Of a stretch of DNA of 64,000 nucleotides, positions 54,575-64,000 are shown in pieces (position 1 is the stretch's first letter; every line of letters begins with the position of its first letter). A program made the translations under genes and the position numbers. Under the pieces are notes generated by a model that was not told the origin of the DNA, ran no database searches, and worked only from the letters and a program-made list of their open reading frames with translations. Source of the DNA: an uncultured Pseudomonadales bacterium (lineage in GTDB: Bacteria; Patescibacteriota; Microgenomatia; UBA1400; UBA1396). The DNA is taken from positions 12,979 to 76,978 of the forward strand of contig CAZRWP010000004.1 of assembly GCA_964603945.1 (NCBI GenBank), in the 5' to 3' direction.

Positions 54575-56716
54575 TTAAGAGACAGTTAGATTTGAACCGC
54601 TGGCCTCAACCTTGAGTTTTAGGACTTCCTCCTCATCTTCCCGTTCCAGCATTTTAATTGCTACCTCATCGAGTATTTCCGTCTGGATTAGGCGGCGCAG
54701 AGGCCGGGCACCAAAAGCCGGGTCATAACCATGCTCGGCTAACCATTTTTTAGCTGATTCAGAGATAGTTAAATCAACTTTTTCCTCTGCCAGCATTTGT
54801 TTGACTTGATCTAACTGAAGATCGACTATTTTGCTTAATAACTCCTGAGATAACGGTTCAAACTGAATCACTTGGTCAATCCGATTTAAGAATTCCGGTT
54901 TGAATTGGTGCTGAAGCCGGTCCTTAACCTGACTTTGCAAGGCCTCCGCCTGCTCCGGCTCTTGCGCCATCTGCAACATCAAATCAGAACCTACATTACT
55001 GGTCATAATAATCACCGTATTAGTAAAATCAACCGTTCGACCTTGACCATCAGTCAGGCGACCATCATCAAATACTTGTAAAAAGGTGTTGAAAATTTGG
55101 GTATCCGCTTTTTCAATTTCGTCCAGGAGAATCACACTGTAGGGGCGTCGACGCACCGCCTCTGTTAGCTGACCGCCTTGCTCGTAACCTACATAGCCTG
55201 GCGGTGCGCCAATCAGTCGCGCGATGGTGTGCGACTCACTGTACTCACTCATGTCCAGGCGCACCAAGGCATGTTCGTCATTAAACATCACCTGAGCCAG
55301 AGCTTTGGCGGTTTCCGTTTTTCCCACCCCCGTTGGTCCTAAAAATAAGAATGTAGCCAGGGGGCGATTTTCATCAGCAATACCCACGCGACTGCGGCGA
55401 ATAGCATTGGATACAGCGTGCAGTGCCTCAACTTGATTAACCACGCGTTTGGATAGCTCATCTTCCAGATGTAGGAGTTTTTCGGTTTCATCCTTGACCA
55501 GCTGAGTTACCGGAATGCCGGTCCACTTACCGACCACTTTAGCCACATCTTCACGGGACACTTCTTCCTTTAACAGACGTTCAGCTTCCGGAATGGTTTC
55601 CCACTTGGCAACTACATCATTTAGTTGTTTTTCCAACTCAGGAATAATGCCATACTGCAGTTCCGCGGCTTTATTTAAATCAACTTCCCGCTGGGCGCGT
55701 TCCAACTCCGCGCGCCGCTCCTCTAATTTAGTTCTTGTAGTTTGAATTTCGCTCAGCAATTTTTGCTGTGACTCCCAGCGGTTTTGCAGATCACCTAGCT
55801 GAGTTTTCAACTGGGTAAGTTCGGAGCGCACCACTTCTAGCCGCTCTTTTGAATGGTCTGACTTTTCTTTTTTTAAGGCTTGTTCTTCAATTTCTAACTG
55901 AACTTTGCGCCGTTTTAAATTGTCGATTACCGCCGGATCAGACTCGGTTTCAATTTTAAGTCCTGAGGCCGCTTCATCCACCAAGTCAATCGCTTTGTCA
56001 GGCAGGTGTCTAGCTGGAATATAGCGGTCAGACAGCTCAGCGGCCGCCACCAGGGCGTCGTCAGTAATCCGGATACCGTGATGAAGTTCATAGCGTTCCT
56101 TTAAGCCGCGCAGAATGGAAATTGTGTCCTCAACGGTTGGCGCCTCAACCATGACTGGCTGAAAACGCCGCTCCAAAGCTGAGTCCTTTTCAATGTACTG
56201 ACGATACTCATTCAGTGTGGTCGAGCCGATAAGCCTTAGTTGCCCCCGCGCCAGCGCCGGCTTGAGCATATTGCCCGCATCCACCGCGCCTTCGGCGCCG
56301 CCGGCGCCGACCACGGTGTGCAGTTCATCAATAAACAAGATTATTTCGCCGGCGGCGCCCACCACCTCGTCGATTACTTTTTTGAGGCGCTGTTCAAACT
56401 CGCCGCGGAACTTGGCACCTGCTAGCAAACTCGACATCTGTAAACTCAAAATGCGCTTGTTTTTTAGGGAAGTCGGTACGTCGTCATTAATGATCCGCTG
56501 AGCCAGACCTTCGGCTACCGCCGTCTTGCCAACTCCCGGCTCGCCGACCAAAACCGGATTGTTCTTGGTGCGTCGAGAGAGCACTTGAATCACACGGCGA
56601 ATCTCACTATCACGGCCGATCACCGGATCGAGTTTACCGTCCTTGGCCAAGGCGGTCAGATCAGTTGTAAAGTCTTGTATGTCGACGTTTTCGTCGGGTA
56701 CTTGATACATCTGCAT
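54575..56716 (-). CDS. clpB: ATP-dependent disaggregase ClpB lacking the N-terminal domain
   Basis: GKLDPVIGR at residue ~27, two AAA+ modules ([16 protein letters not shown]), coiled-coil middle domain with AAELQYG. Confidence 0.93.
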   Translation of the reverse strand: MQMYQVPDENVDIQDFTTDLTALAKDGKLDPVIGRDSEIRRVIQVLSRRTKNNPVLVGEPGVGKTAVAEGLAQRIINDDVPTSLKNKRILSLQMSSLLAGAKFRGEFEQRLKKVIDEVVGAAGEIILFIDELHTVVGAGGAEGAVDAGNMLKPALARGQLRLIGSTTLNEYRQYIEKDSALERRFQPVMVEAPTVEDTISILRGLKERYELHHGIRITDDALVAAAELSDRYIPARHLPDKAIDLVDEAASGLKIETESDPAVIDNLKRRKVQLEIEEQALKKEKSDHSKERLEVVRSELTQLKTQLGDLQNRWESQQKLLSEIQTTRTKLEERRAELERAQREVDLNKAAELQYGIIPELEKQLNDVVAKWETIPEAERLLKEEVSREDVAKVVGKWTGIPVTQLVKDETEKLLHLEDELSKRVVNQVEALHAVSNAIRRSRVGIADENRPLATFLFLGPTGVGKTETAKALAQVMFNDEHALVRLDMSEYSESHTIARLIGAPPGYVGYEQGGQLTEAVRRRPYSVILLDEIEKADTQIFNTFLQVFDDGRLTDGQGRTVDFTNTVIIMTSNVGSDLMLQMAQEPEQAEALQSQVKDRLQHQFKPEFLNRIDQVIQFEPLSQELLSKIVDLQLDQVKQMLAEEKVDLTISESAKKWLAEHGYDPAFGARPLRRLIQTEILDEVAIKMLEREDEEEVLKLKVEASGSNLTVS

Positions 56717-56738
56717 ATTGGCAATATATTATCGCTAT

Positions 56739-56765
56739 TTAGCAGTCTAATCAAGAGAGTGACAA
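56739..56765. promoter_or_regulatory. CIRCE-like HrcA operator upstream of clpB
   Basis: TTAGCAGTC-N9-GAGTGACAA versus consensus TTAGCACTC-N9-GAGTGCTAA (3 mismatches). Confidence 0.75.
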
Positions 56766-56940
56766 TCTTTAACCATGGCCAATTTTGCAGGCCACACCAG
56801 ATCAGGCGAAAAATAATTAGCTTAACGCTACTAAATAGATCAGAGTAATACTAAGGAAATCATTTGTCTTTAATAGTCACCAAAATAACTTAACTATTGA
56901 GCTCACCTGACCAAAGCCCCCCCACCACTAAATCAAGCGT

Positions 56941-57840
56941 TTACATGCTTCGCAGGCGGGCGATTCGCTCTTCCATTGGCGGATGCGTATTGAATAAACC
57001 GGCAAACCAACCGATCGCGTCGCGGTGGTCCTTGAGCGGATTGGTAATGTACAGGTGAGCTGTTGCCTTATTGGCTGTCTCAAGTGGCTGATGATCGGCG
57101 CTTAATTTCTCCAGTGCCCGCGCTAAGCCCTCTGGGTAATTAGTTATCTTGGCGGCACTGGCATCAGCTAAGTATTCACGACTGCGAGAAATAGCCAATT
57201 TAATTAGCTGAGCTATAAAGGGCGATAAAATGGCCAGCGCAAAACCCAGCAAAACAAAGACGGCTGTTAACTGGCCGCTCTCGCGCTCGCGCCGGCGCCC
57301 GCCAAACATGCTCCAGCGCAAAAATAGATCTCCTAACAAGGCAATCAGGCCAACCATAATGGCCACCATCGACATCAATCTAATATCGTAGTTGCGAACG
57401 TGGGACAACTCATGCGCCACCACGCCTTCTAGTTCAGTCCGGTCCAGCTTGGCTAACAGGCCGGTGGTCGCGCACACCACGGCGTGTTCCGGGTCGCGGC
57501 CGGTGGCAAAGGCATTCATGGCGGAATCTTCAATTACGTATAGATCGGGCATTGGCAAACGGGCTGCAAGGGCCAAGTTTTCAGTCACCGTGTAAAAGTT
57601 GAAGTCTTTTTGACGATCCGCCGGCCGCGCGCCGCTCAAACTCAAAACCATTCGGTCAGAATAATAATAACCAACCAAACTGCTAACGCCAGCTAAAACT
57701 AAGGCAAAACCCACACTGCTCAGACCAAAATCCATCACCTGCGCAAAAACATAGGCCACCGCCATGGTGAACAGAAAAAAGCCGATCACAATTACCCACG
57801 ATTTTCGTTTATTGCTGGCAATTTGACTGTACACCGACAT
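56941..57840 (-). CDS. htpX: Zinc metalloprotease HtpX (M48)
   Basis: NAFATGR, AHELSH (HExxH), SRSREYLAD, THPP. Confidence 0.93.
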   Translation of the reverse strand: MSVYSQIASNKRKSWVIVIGFFLFTMAVAYVFAQVMDFGLSSVGFALVLAGVSSLVGYYYSDRMVLSLSGARPADRQKDFNFYTVTENLALAARLPMPDLYVIEDSAMNAFATGRDPEHAVVCATTGLLAKLDRTELEGVVAHELSHVRNYDIRLMSMVAIMVGLIALLGDLFLRWSMFGGRRRERESGQLTAVFVLLGFALAILSPFIAQLIKLAISRSREYLADASAAKITNYPEGLARALEKLSADHQPLETANKATAHLYITNPLKDHRDAIGWFAGLFNTHPPMEERIARLRSM

Positions 57841-57869
57841 GGCGACGGCCTCCTAATCTCAAATTAAAA

Positions 57870-58457
57870 TTAAAGATCAACTTTGACGTCTTGGGTTTCA
57901 CCAACTGATACTTCCACATGCTCACCTGACATGGGTGTAACCAAGCCGGCTTGCTTCTTAAAACCAAACAGATTGGCCACAATGTTTGACGGGAAAGTAA
58001 CCAATTTCTGGTTGAAATTCTGGGTGAGGTCAATCAAGGCGCGGCGTGAGTAGGTCAACTTGTCAGCCGTATCACGTAGTTCAGCCATAAATTGCTGAAT
58101 TGTTTCGTTGCTTTTAAGTTCTGGATTGTCTTCAACCATTACTTGCAGACGGGGCAAAACCTCATTAAGCTGTCGCTCTACTTTTTCCAGAGAGGCGCCA
58201 GTGGTGTCTTTGACCGCAGCGTCCACACTCTTGCGGGCGTCAGTTAACATCTCAAAAATGCCTTTTTCCTGCTTGAGGTAGGCCTTAACCGAGGTCTGTA
58301 AATTAGGAATCAAATTGGCCTGACGTTTAAGTTGGTTGCCTATTTCCTGAATCGAAGCCTCAATTTGTGTCAGCAGTGTCTGCAGTGAATTGTAGACCGA
58401 GATGCCGTAGATAACGGCCACCGCCAAAACTCCCAGAATTATCAGTAATACTTCCAT
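57870..58457 (-). CDS. lemA: LemA family protein
   Basis: N-terminal TM, QLKRQANLIPNL, PELKSN, FPSNIVA; upstream of htpX. Confidence 0.9.
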   Translation of the reverse strand: MEVLLIILGVLAVAVIYGISVYNSLQTLLTQIEASIQEIGNQLKRQANLIPNLQTSVKAYLKQEKGIFEMLTDARKSVDAAVKDTTGASLEKVERQLNEVLPRLQVMVEDNPELKSNETIQQFMAELRDTADKLTYSRRALIDLTQNFNQKLVTFPSNIVANLFGFKKQAGLVTPMSGEHVEVSVGETQDVKVDL

Positions 58458-58573
58458 GTTTACTCCTTCTTTAACTTATTAGCTTATTCTACCAAGCTTA
58501 TCTATGCTGATAAATATAGAGAATAACCGTAAGAAATAAGTATGAAGGCAATGGTGGGAAAAGCTTACTAAAA

Positions 58574-58644
58574 AAGTTCGAAGATGTTTCATGAACGCTT
58601 TGAGCTTTAGCTCACGCTGTAGTGAATGAAACATTTTTGAACTT
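58574..58644. repeat. 19-bp imperfect inverted repeat with inner GAGCTTTAGCTC hairpin next to tRNA-Asp
   Basis: AAGTTCGAAGATGTTTCAT...ATGAAACATTTTTGAACTT. Confidence 0.6.
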
Positions 58645-58648
58645 ATCT

Positions 58649-58725
58649 TGGCGGTCGCGACCGGACTCGAACCGGCGATCTCTTCTGTGACAGAGAAGTA
58701 TGTTAACCAACTACACCACGCGACC
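58649..58725 (-). tRNA. tRNA-Asp (GTC)
   Basis: GGTCGCG...CTTCT-CTGTCAC-AGAAG...GGTTCGAGTCC...CGCGACCGCCA, CCA encoded. Confidence 0.95.
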
Positions 58726-58977
58726 ACCCGCGCAAATACGCGTAGATGCATATTATATTGAATCCTAGGCCATAGACAAGGAGCGGTTCAACTTTCTCAA
58801 GAGTATCCTACTGCGCTTGATCTAAACAACCTTAGAGCATGAATTCTAACTCTTCTTTACTATCATCAAGAGTAACGCACCCTATCAAATACTCCTTGCG
58901 TCTTTGCCCAAAATGTCATACTGTAGAAGTAATCTAAGGTAGAAATAATAAACCAAACAAAGATATAAGGAGGGCAC

Positions 58978-59520
58978 ATGGCCGATAATAATAGACGAGT
59001 CATTGATGTAGCCGGAGCTGACCGCGAAACAATTATCAGCATCATTTTGGGAGCCATTGTTGTAATCATAATCGGAGCTTTAGCTTTTCGCTATTTCCAG
59101 AATACAGAAAATGGTGAGGTTGCCACGCCTGAATCGGAATTAACTGAGCCACAAGTAGTAGAAGTTGAAGAACTTCCTGATGGTGAAGTCATGGTCGAAG
59201 AAACTGACGAAGGTCAGGTTCCCGCCAACTTGCCCGCCCGCTACACTGTCAAAGAAGGCGAATCTACCTGGCGAATTGCTGAAGCTTTTTACGGCTCTGG
59301 CTTTAACTACACCGATATTGAAATTGCCAACGATCTCGCCCCTGAAGAAGGCTTGGTGGTCGGCCAAGTGCTGACCATTCCCCGCGTCCCAGTACGCACC
59401 GCTGACACCGCCGCCGCTCCCCGCGACGTGACCGCCGAAAACGGCGCCATGCCTGCTGAGCAAACTGGTGGACCAACCAAGGGCGACGATTCCGCCGCCG
59501 AAGCCGCCTTGGCTGAGTAA
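58978..59520 (+). CDS. Membrane-anchored LysM domain protein
   Basis: One TM, acidic linker, YTVKEGESTWRIAEAFYG...VGQVLTIP. Confidence 0.9.
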   Translation: MADNNRRVIDVAGADRETIISIILGAIVVIIIGALAFRYFQNTENGEVATPESELTEPQVVEVEELPDGEVMVEETDEGQVPANLPARYTVKEGESTWRIAEAFYGSGFNYTDIEIANDLAPEEGLVVGQVLTIPRVPVRTADTAAAPRDVTAENGAMPAEQTGGPTKGDDSAAEAALAE

Positions 59521-59540
59521 GACATACTTTTGATAAATCT

Positions 59541-59568
59541 GCGGGCCGCCTCGCTAGAGGCGGCTCGC
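59541..59568 (+). terminator. GC-rich hairpin after the LysM gene
   Basis: GCGGGCCGCCTC-GCTA-GAGGCGGCTCGC; weak U tract. Confidence 0.55.
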
Positions 59569-59621
59569 TTCCGTTCTCCAATACAAATTCCTGAAACATC
59601 TAAACCAGATCTTCTAAACTG

Positions 59622-59694
59622 AGCCGACGGTGGGAGTCGAACCCACGACCTATGGTTTACGATACCAGCGCTCTACCAACTGAGCTACGTCGGC
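59622..59694 (-). tRNA. tRNA-Thr (CGT)
   Basis: GCCGACGTAGCTCAGTTGGTAGAGC...TGGT-ATCGTAA-ACCA...GGTTCGACTCC...CGTCGGCT. Confidence 0.93.
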
Positions 59695-59795
59695 TAGATC
59701 AGGAAGCCACTAAAACAAGCCCCTTCAATAACAACTCAAATTGTATCATTGGCTAGTTTGTTTTATAATCTGGAAATCCTGACTCAAGGATCCTT

Positions 59796-59866
59796 TACCG
59801 GATGGTGAAATGGTATCACAGAGGCCTTTGAAGCCTTTATTCTAGGTTCGAATCCTAGTCCGGTAA
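59796..59866 (+). tRNA. tRNA-Gln (TTG)
   Basis: TACCGGA...GAGGC-CTTTGAA-GCCTT...GGTTCGAATCC...TCCGGTAA; U1-A72 pair. Confidence 0.93.
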
Positions 59867-59919
59867 CAAATCTCTTTGGTTAAGGTGACAAAAACCTTTA
59901 AGCTCCCCAGGCACAGAAC

Positions 59920-60720
59920 TCAATTTACCTTTAACATGGTTAGTTGTGCATTATCTAGCCTTACGCGCTTGAGGTACATAAATAGGTTGCGCCACAAAAT
60001 AAGTGAATCTAGAAATATCCTAAGCTGGTTATATAATTCTGGCGAATTATTAATGGATTCGGCAAGGCTACCAACAAGATGTGAGTTATTTTTATGTCGA
60101 TCAATTACTTGATATCGGGCTAAATCCAAAAGCTCATCTAACCAATGATCAATGTCTACAAATGTTGTGTGTAGATTCTCAAGATTTTCGATTTTATCCA
60201 TCTCGACTGATATCAGTGCGATCATTTGCTCTAAAGCATCAATGGAGTCTTGTTTTTCATTCGTTTTAAATTTAGAAATTAGATCGGGAAAGATATTAAG
60301 CGTGTCATTATTATAGTTACTATCATTAGTTTTTACTTTTGGATTATTAAATGTCGTCAGTAGTTCGCTTAATTTATCAGTAAAAATACAGGCTAATCTT
60401 TTTAACTCGTTAAAAATAACTTTTTCATTGTTAAAAGCCATTACTTTAGTTTCAGAATCAGGCGCAACATCTACTTCAGGAAATTTTCTTATGGCAAGTG
60501 GGTCATAGACAACAATACTCATTTCTGACCTGAAGTCAATTTCGGATACTGCGCGGTGACCATTTCCATTTTTTGATAAATCTAGTTCATTAAGCTCAGC
60601 TAAAATAGCTTGAACCTCAACCATGGTAAATTTTTCAAGTGATGCCTTGTCGCCGGCGTGCAGACCTTGTTTAATCCAGGCTGCCCAAATATCAAAGGAA
60701 ATTGGGTCACTTTCTGACAT
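59920..60720 (-). CDS. Hypothetical protein (AT-rich, helical)
   Basis: 266-aa ORF, no recognised motif; starts 5 nt after the upstream stop. Confidence 0.65.
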   Translation of the reverse strand: MSESDPISFDIWAAWIKQGLHAGDKASLEKFTMVEVQAILAELNELDLSKNGNGHRAVSEIDFRSEMSIVVYDPLAIRKFPEVDVAPDSETKVMAFNNEKVIFNELKRLACIFTDKLSELLTTFNNPKVKTNDSNYNNDTLNIFPDLISKFKTNEKQDSIDALEQMIALISVEMDKIENLENLHTTFVDIDHWLDELLDLARYQVIDRHKNNSHLVGSLAESINNSPELYNQLRIFLDSLILWRNLFMYLKRVRLDNAQLTMLKVN

Positions 60721-60725
60721 TTTAC

Positions 60726-61388
60726 TTACCTTACTACCGCTGAGGTGCGATTCATAAGTTCACGTGGATTATCAGCTCTTAATTTAGATAGAGCTTGCAA
60801 TGCCTTCTGGGCAAGATCTTTTTGTTCTTTAAATTTGGCTGGTCTAACTTGATTTGGAAAACCCTGAGCTAGATTTTTAGCCACCGTAATAATTTTTTCT
60901 AATTCTACTTCCGCCCATCTGGCTACATCGGTAGCTAATCTCTCCAATTGTTCCGCGGTCGTGGCAATATGCAGCTGATTCTCAAAATCTACCAGCCTTC
61001 TGGTTAGTTCATCCAGTTGTGGGCTTAGATATATTCCAGCCATCATATCTTCGGGCAAAGCAACAACGTCTCGTCCCTGATGATAATTATAGTGCTGACC
61101 ATTATTCTCTGGTGGCAAAATTGCGTTACCATTGAATATATTGCTATTTGGAGTTGGAGGCGTTGGCCTAGACTTGGTTTGCTGATGAGAATTTATAAAT
61201 AATCGCAGGTTACTTAATATTGTATTGAGCAAGTTGTAGTAACGCTGATGAGCTTTTTGATATTCAGGGTTGAATCGATATTCTTGATCAATATAAGCCG
61301 GAGGATCTAGCTCAGGAAAGTCTATGATCTTACCCTTATAAAATGGTTTTACACTAATGTTTTCGAAAGTCAAATCCTTTATCGCCAT
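60726..61388 (-). CDS. Hypothetical protein (AT-rich); start uncertain
   Basis: Frame open to 61658; ATG 61388 (MAIKDL) looks the most plausible start. Confidence 0.6.
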   Translation of the reverse strand: MAIKDLTFENISVKPFYKGKIIDFPELDPPAYIDQEYRFNPEYQKAHQRYYNLLNTILSNLRLFINSHQQTKSRPTPPTPNSNIFNGNAILPPENNGQHYNYHQGRDVVALPEDMMAGIYLSPQLDELTRRLVDFENQLHIATTAEQLERLATDVARWAEVELEKIITVAKNLAQGFPNQVRPAKFKEQKDLAQKALQALSKLRADNPRELMNRTSAVVR

Positions 61389-61644
61389 CAGCTGTTTATA
61401 AGCATTTATTGTAATTATTTGGTAAATATTTTGTAATTTTACCGCTTGAATATAGTTAGATTCTATCGTTTTAGTGAAGATGATTAAGTAGATATCTCTA
61501 CACAAGCTACATGAGCGACTGCCTTCTGCCATTAAGTTTTCTGACTGCTCTCGCCGAATAATAGCTGATATGGCCACTATTTCTAAATCGGTTAATATGA
61601 AGATTTTGATTGATGCATCAGCAAATAATAAGCTATATATACAA

Positions 61645-61671
61645 TTAGCACTCTCCACGCGAGAGTGCTAA
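61645..61671. promoter_or_regulatory. Perfect CIRCE element (HrcA operator)
   Basis: TTAGCACTC-TCCACGCGA-GAGTGCTAA, 18/18 consensus positions. Confidence 0.9.
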
Positions 61672-61695
61672 CTTAAACTTCTCTGATGAATGCGA

Positions 61696-62430
61696 CTAGC
61701 GAAGCTCAAACACCACCATAACCGTCCGACTGACGGTACTAGTGCCTGGCTCGACTGGCGTTCCACCGCCGCCTAGACGGCGTGATTCGAACATTGGCAC
61801 AATCGGACTATTCTGGCTCATGGATTCATCAATGGTCAGGATTTCACCCAAGCTGGCGCCGGCGTTGGTGGCCAGTTGCTCAGCTTTGGTTTTGGCATCT
61901 TCAATCGCACTCTGGAGTAGTTCAGTTTCCGAGCGGTTCTCATTGTCCAGCTGAAAGTTTGGACCATAAACATTAGTCGCACCTGAACGAGCTAGAAGGT
62001 CAGCTAGTTCACTGGCCCGATCGGCCTGGCGCAGGATAACCTCCACTGAATTATTGGCTGACCAACGCACTTCCTGACTCGGATTATTCAAATTGTAGGA
62101 GTCATCAATCCGGTTGATGGAAATATTTTGAGTTTTGATATCTTCTTCAGCTATGCCAAACTCTTTAAGATCAGCAATAATCGTTTCGACACTTTGATTG
62201 ACCTGGTCAACCGCCGTCTGCTTATCAGCATTTACTTCATTAACACCAGCGGTAAACGATGCAATCTCGTTAGTCCGTTTTTCCTGAGAAGTGCCGTAAA
62301 CGGTAATGGTCCGGCTAGGCGCTACTGCCAGGCTGCCCCACTCAATCGGCACCACCGTTACGATGGCAAAAAAGACCGTAATTGCTAAGACCGCAGTTAA
62401 AGGAACGATTAACGTCAACCACTTAAACAT
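61696..62430 (-). CDS. SIMPL (DUF541/YggE-like) domain protein
   Basis: RTITVYG, GIAEEDIKTQNISI, AIEDAKTKAEQLA, PVEPG. Confidence 0.9.
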   Translation of the reverse strand: MFKWLTLIVPLTAVLAITVFFAIVTVVPIEWGSLAVAPSRTITVYGTSQEKRTNEIASFTAGVNEVNADKQTAVDQVNQSVETIIADLKEFGIAEEDIKTQNISINRIDDSYNLNNPSQEVRWSANNSVEVILRQADRASELADLLARSGATNVYGPNFQLDNENRSETELLQSAIEDAKTKAEQLATNAGASLGEILTIDESMSQNSPIVPMFESRRLGGGGTPVEPGTSTVSRTVMVVFELR

Positions 62431-62632
62431 ATAAAAATCAGTATAGCGAATGTCGATTAGGTCTCCAAGAGGTCAATTTGTTTGGCTTCGTTTGTTTTTT
62501 TAGTAAAAGTTCCACATGTTCAGCATCCCATTTATTTTTATCATTTATTTTTATTTTGAATTACGTTTGATTACGAGTTTCTCACTTGTTTCATATGCAA
62601 TCTTGGCATAGCTGGTTTAAATTTGGTTATCG

Positions 62633-63892
62633 ATGAAAATTGTCATGCTGTCGGGAAGTTATCTACCTGAGATTAACGATGTTTCCCGCTACACTCAATT
62701 GCTTAAACAAAAAATGACTGACATTGGCCATGACGTGGCATTGCTGACAGATTTTAGCTCGGCTGACCAAACCCTGGAGGACAATGTTTTTGGCACCGTT
62801 AGTGGGTGGCGAAATCGAGATTTAATTCCGCTAACTCAAGCCATTCTCCATCAAAGACCAGATGTTTTGCACATTCAGCACGCGCCCGCTAATTATCATT
62901 TCCGCCGAGCTATTGGTTGGTTGCCTTTTTTACTACGAGGTTTTGGCGGTCTAATGCCGATTGTCTCGACCTTGCACGAATATGGTAATCGCGAATGGCT
63001 TCCTCGCGGTTTATCTAATGATTTGGTTAGGCGCTGGCATCGCTGGGGCGAAGCGCGCTACCAATGGGATCGGGAGAATTACTCGCTCCTAGCGCAATCA
63101 CAAATAATTATTAGCACGGTTGATTACACAACTCGTTTACTGCTGAGTCGGTTCCCTGAGTTTGAAAGCCGGCTTCGGCAGTTCAGGCCGGCCGGAAATC
63201 TAAAGCAGTATCCGGCCAGCCGCGCCAGCGTGCGCAAGAAGCTTCAGTTGCAGTACGGCTGGCCGGTCAACGCCATAATTTTGACTTACCTAGGTGGCGT
63301 CAAGCCGGAGAGCGGTCTGGAAACTTTACTAACCGCTTTTGCCCAAGCTCAAAGCCGGCGGCCAAATTTGCGCTTGTTGATCATGGGCAGTAATAAAAGC
63401 ATGGGTCTGTCAGAAATACAGACGCAAAAATATTGGGACAAACTGCAGACCAAAATAAAAACCTTTAAACTTAATAATCAAGTTCGTTTTACACAGCGGA
63501 TTAGTGACACGCTTATTTCTGGCTATTTAGTTGCCAGTGACCTCGGGATTTTACCGTCTGACATGGGGGTAAACCTGACCCATCAGCCGCTAATTGATAT
63601 GTTTAGACACCGTTTGCCGGTTATCGTGACTCAGCGTCATCCAAACGAGACACAGTTGGAGCGTCAACTTTTTGCCAAGGTTATCAAGCCATTAGATATT
63701 GAGTCTTTGCGCCAATCAATTCATCAGTTTTCCCGAAGCGCAATCGTCCGCAAAAAACTAGGCCGCTTGGCTCAAGAATTTGCGACCCAATTTTCCTGGG
63801 AACGACTGGAAAAACAACATATTCAGCTGTATCAAGAAATGGGTCGTCTGGCCACCAACCGGTTCGCCCAAAAGCAGTACGCTTCCGGATAG
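62633..63892 (+). CDS. GT4-like glycosyltransferase (divergent)
   Basis: MKIVMLSGSYLP, PDVLHIQH, STLHE, ASDLGILP, FSWE. Confidence 0.8.
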   Translation: MKIVMLSGSYLPEINDVSRYTQLLKQKMTDIGHDVALLTDFSSADQTLEDNVFGTVSGWRNRDLIPLTQAILHQRPDVLHIQHAPANYHFRRAIGWLPFLLRGFGGLMPIVSTLHEYGNREWLPRGLSNDLVRRWHRWGEARYQWDRENYSLLAQSQIIISTVDYTTRLLLSRFPEFESRLRQFRPAGNLKQYPASRASVRKKLQLQYGWPVNAIILTYLGGVKPESGLETLLTAFAQAQSRRPNLRLLIMGSNKSMGLSEIQTQKYWDKLQTKIKTFKLNNQVRFTQRISDTLISGYLVASDLGILPSDMGVNLTHQPLIDMFRHRLPVIVTQRHPNETQLERQLFAKVIKPLDIESLRQSIHQFSRSAIVRKKLGRLAQEFATQFSWERLEKQHIQLYQEMGRLATNRFAQKQYASG

Positions 63893-64000
63893 GTTTCAAC
63901 TTCTGACAGTATTCGCATTGTTGTTAACTGAATGCTTAAACTTCTAGCTTAACTCACCGCGCCAATCTTAAAGCTAAATCTCTAGCTTAAAGTGTCGGCC

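Noticed and set aside
59866-61640. Integrated element at tRNA-Gln
   Set aside because: AT-rich orphan genes are present, but I found no integrase and no nearby duplication of the tRNA 3' end.

Overview
Chromosomal window from a reduced-genome bacterium; gene content and style suggest Patescibacteria/CPR, probably Microgenomates (inference). The backbone is mostly housekeeping: mraZ-rsmH-ftsL-ftsI-murE, ruvCAB, a glycosyltransferase cluster, ftsEX with an M23 peptidase, prfB, a MacAB-like ABC system, a MurF-like ligase, dnaE, gatCAB, class I aldolase, clpB, htpX-lemA and four tRNAs (Pro, Asp, Thr, Gln). The main accessory feature is a ~10.4 kb AT-rich element (~17770-28174) integrated in the 3' end of tRNA-Pro(GGG). 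It carries a large serine recombinase whose att site lies inside its own C-terminal coding sequence, a putative directionality factor, a DUF669-like protein, an AGT-periodic tract, a pseudoknotted ~120-nt RNA candidate, a type IIG restriction-modification enzyme, a ClpP-class protease and a wHTH + HEPN/DUF4145-like gene pair. Also notable: an ATP-grasp / C39-like peptidase / KamA radical-SAM cluster, three copies of a ~90-bp nested palindromic REP-like element, a perfect CIRCE upstream of two orphan genes, a circularly permuted M23 domain, and many apparently leaderless genes. Calls come from reading motifs by eye; no database searches were run, and several starts were moved from the ORF track to more plausible ATGs.
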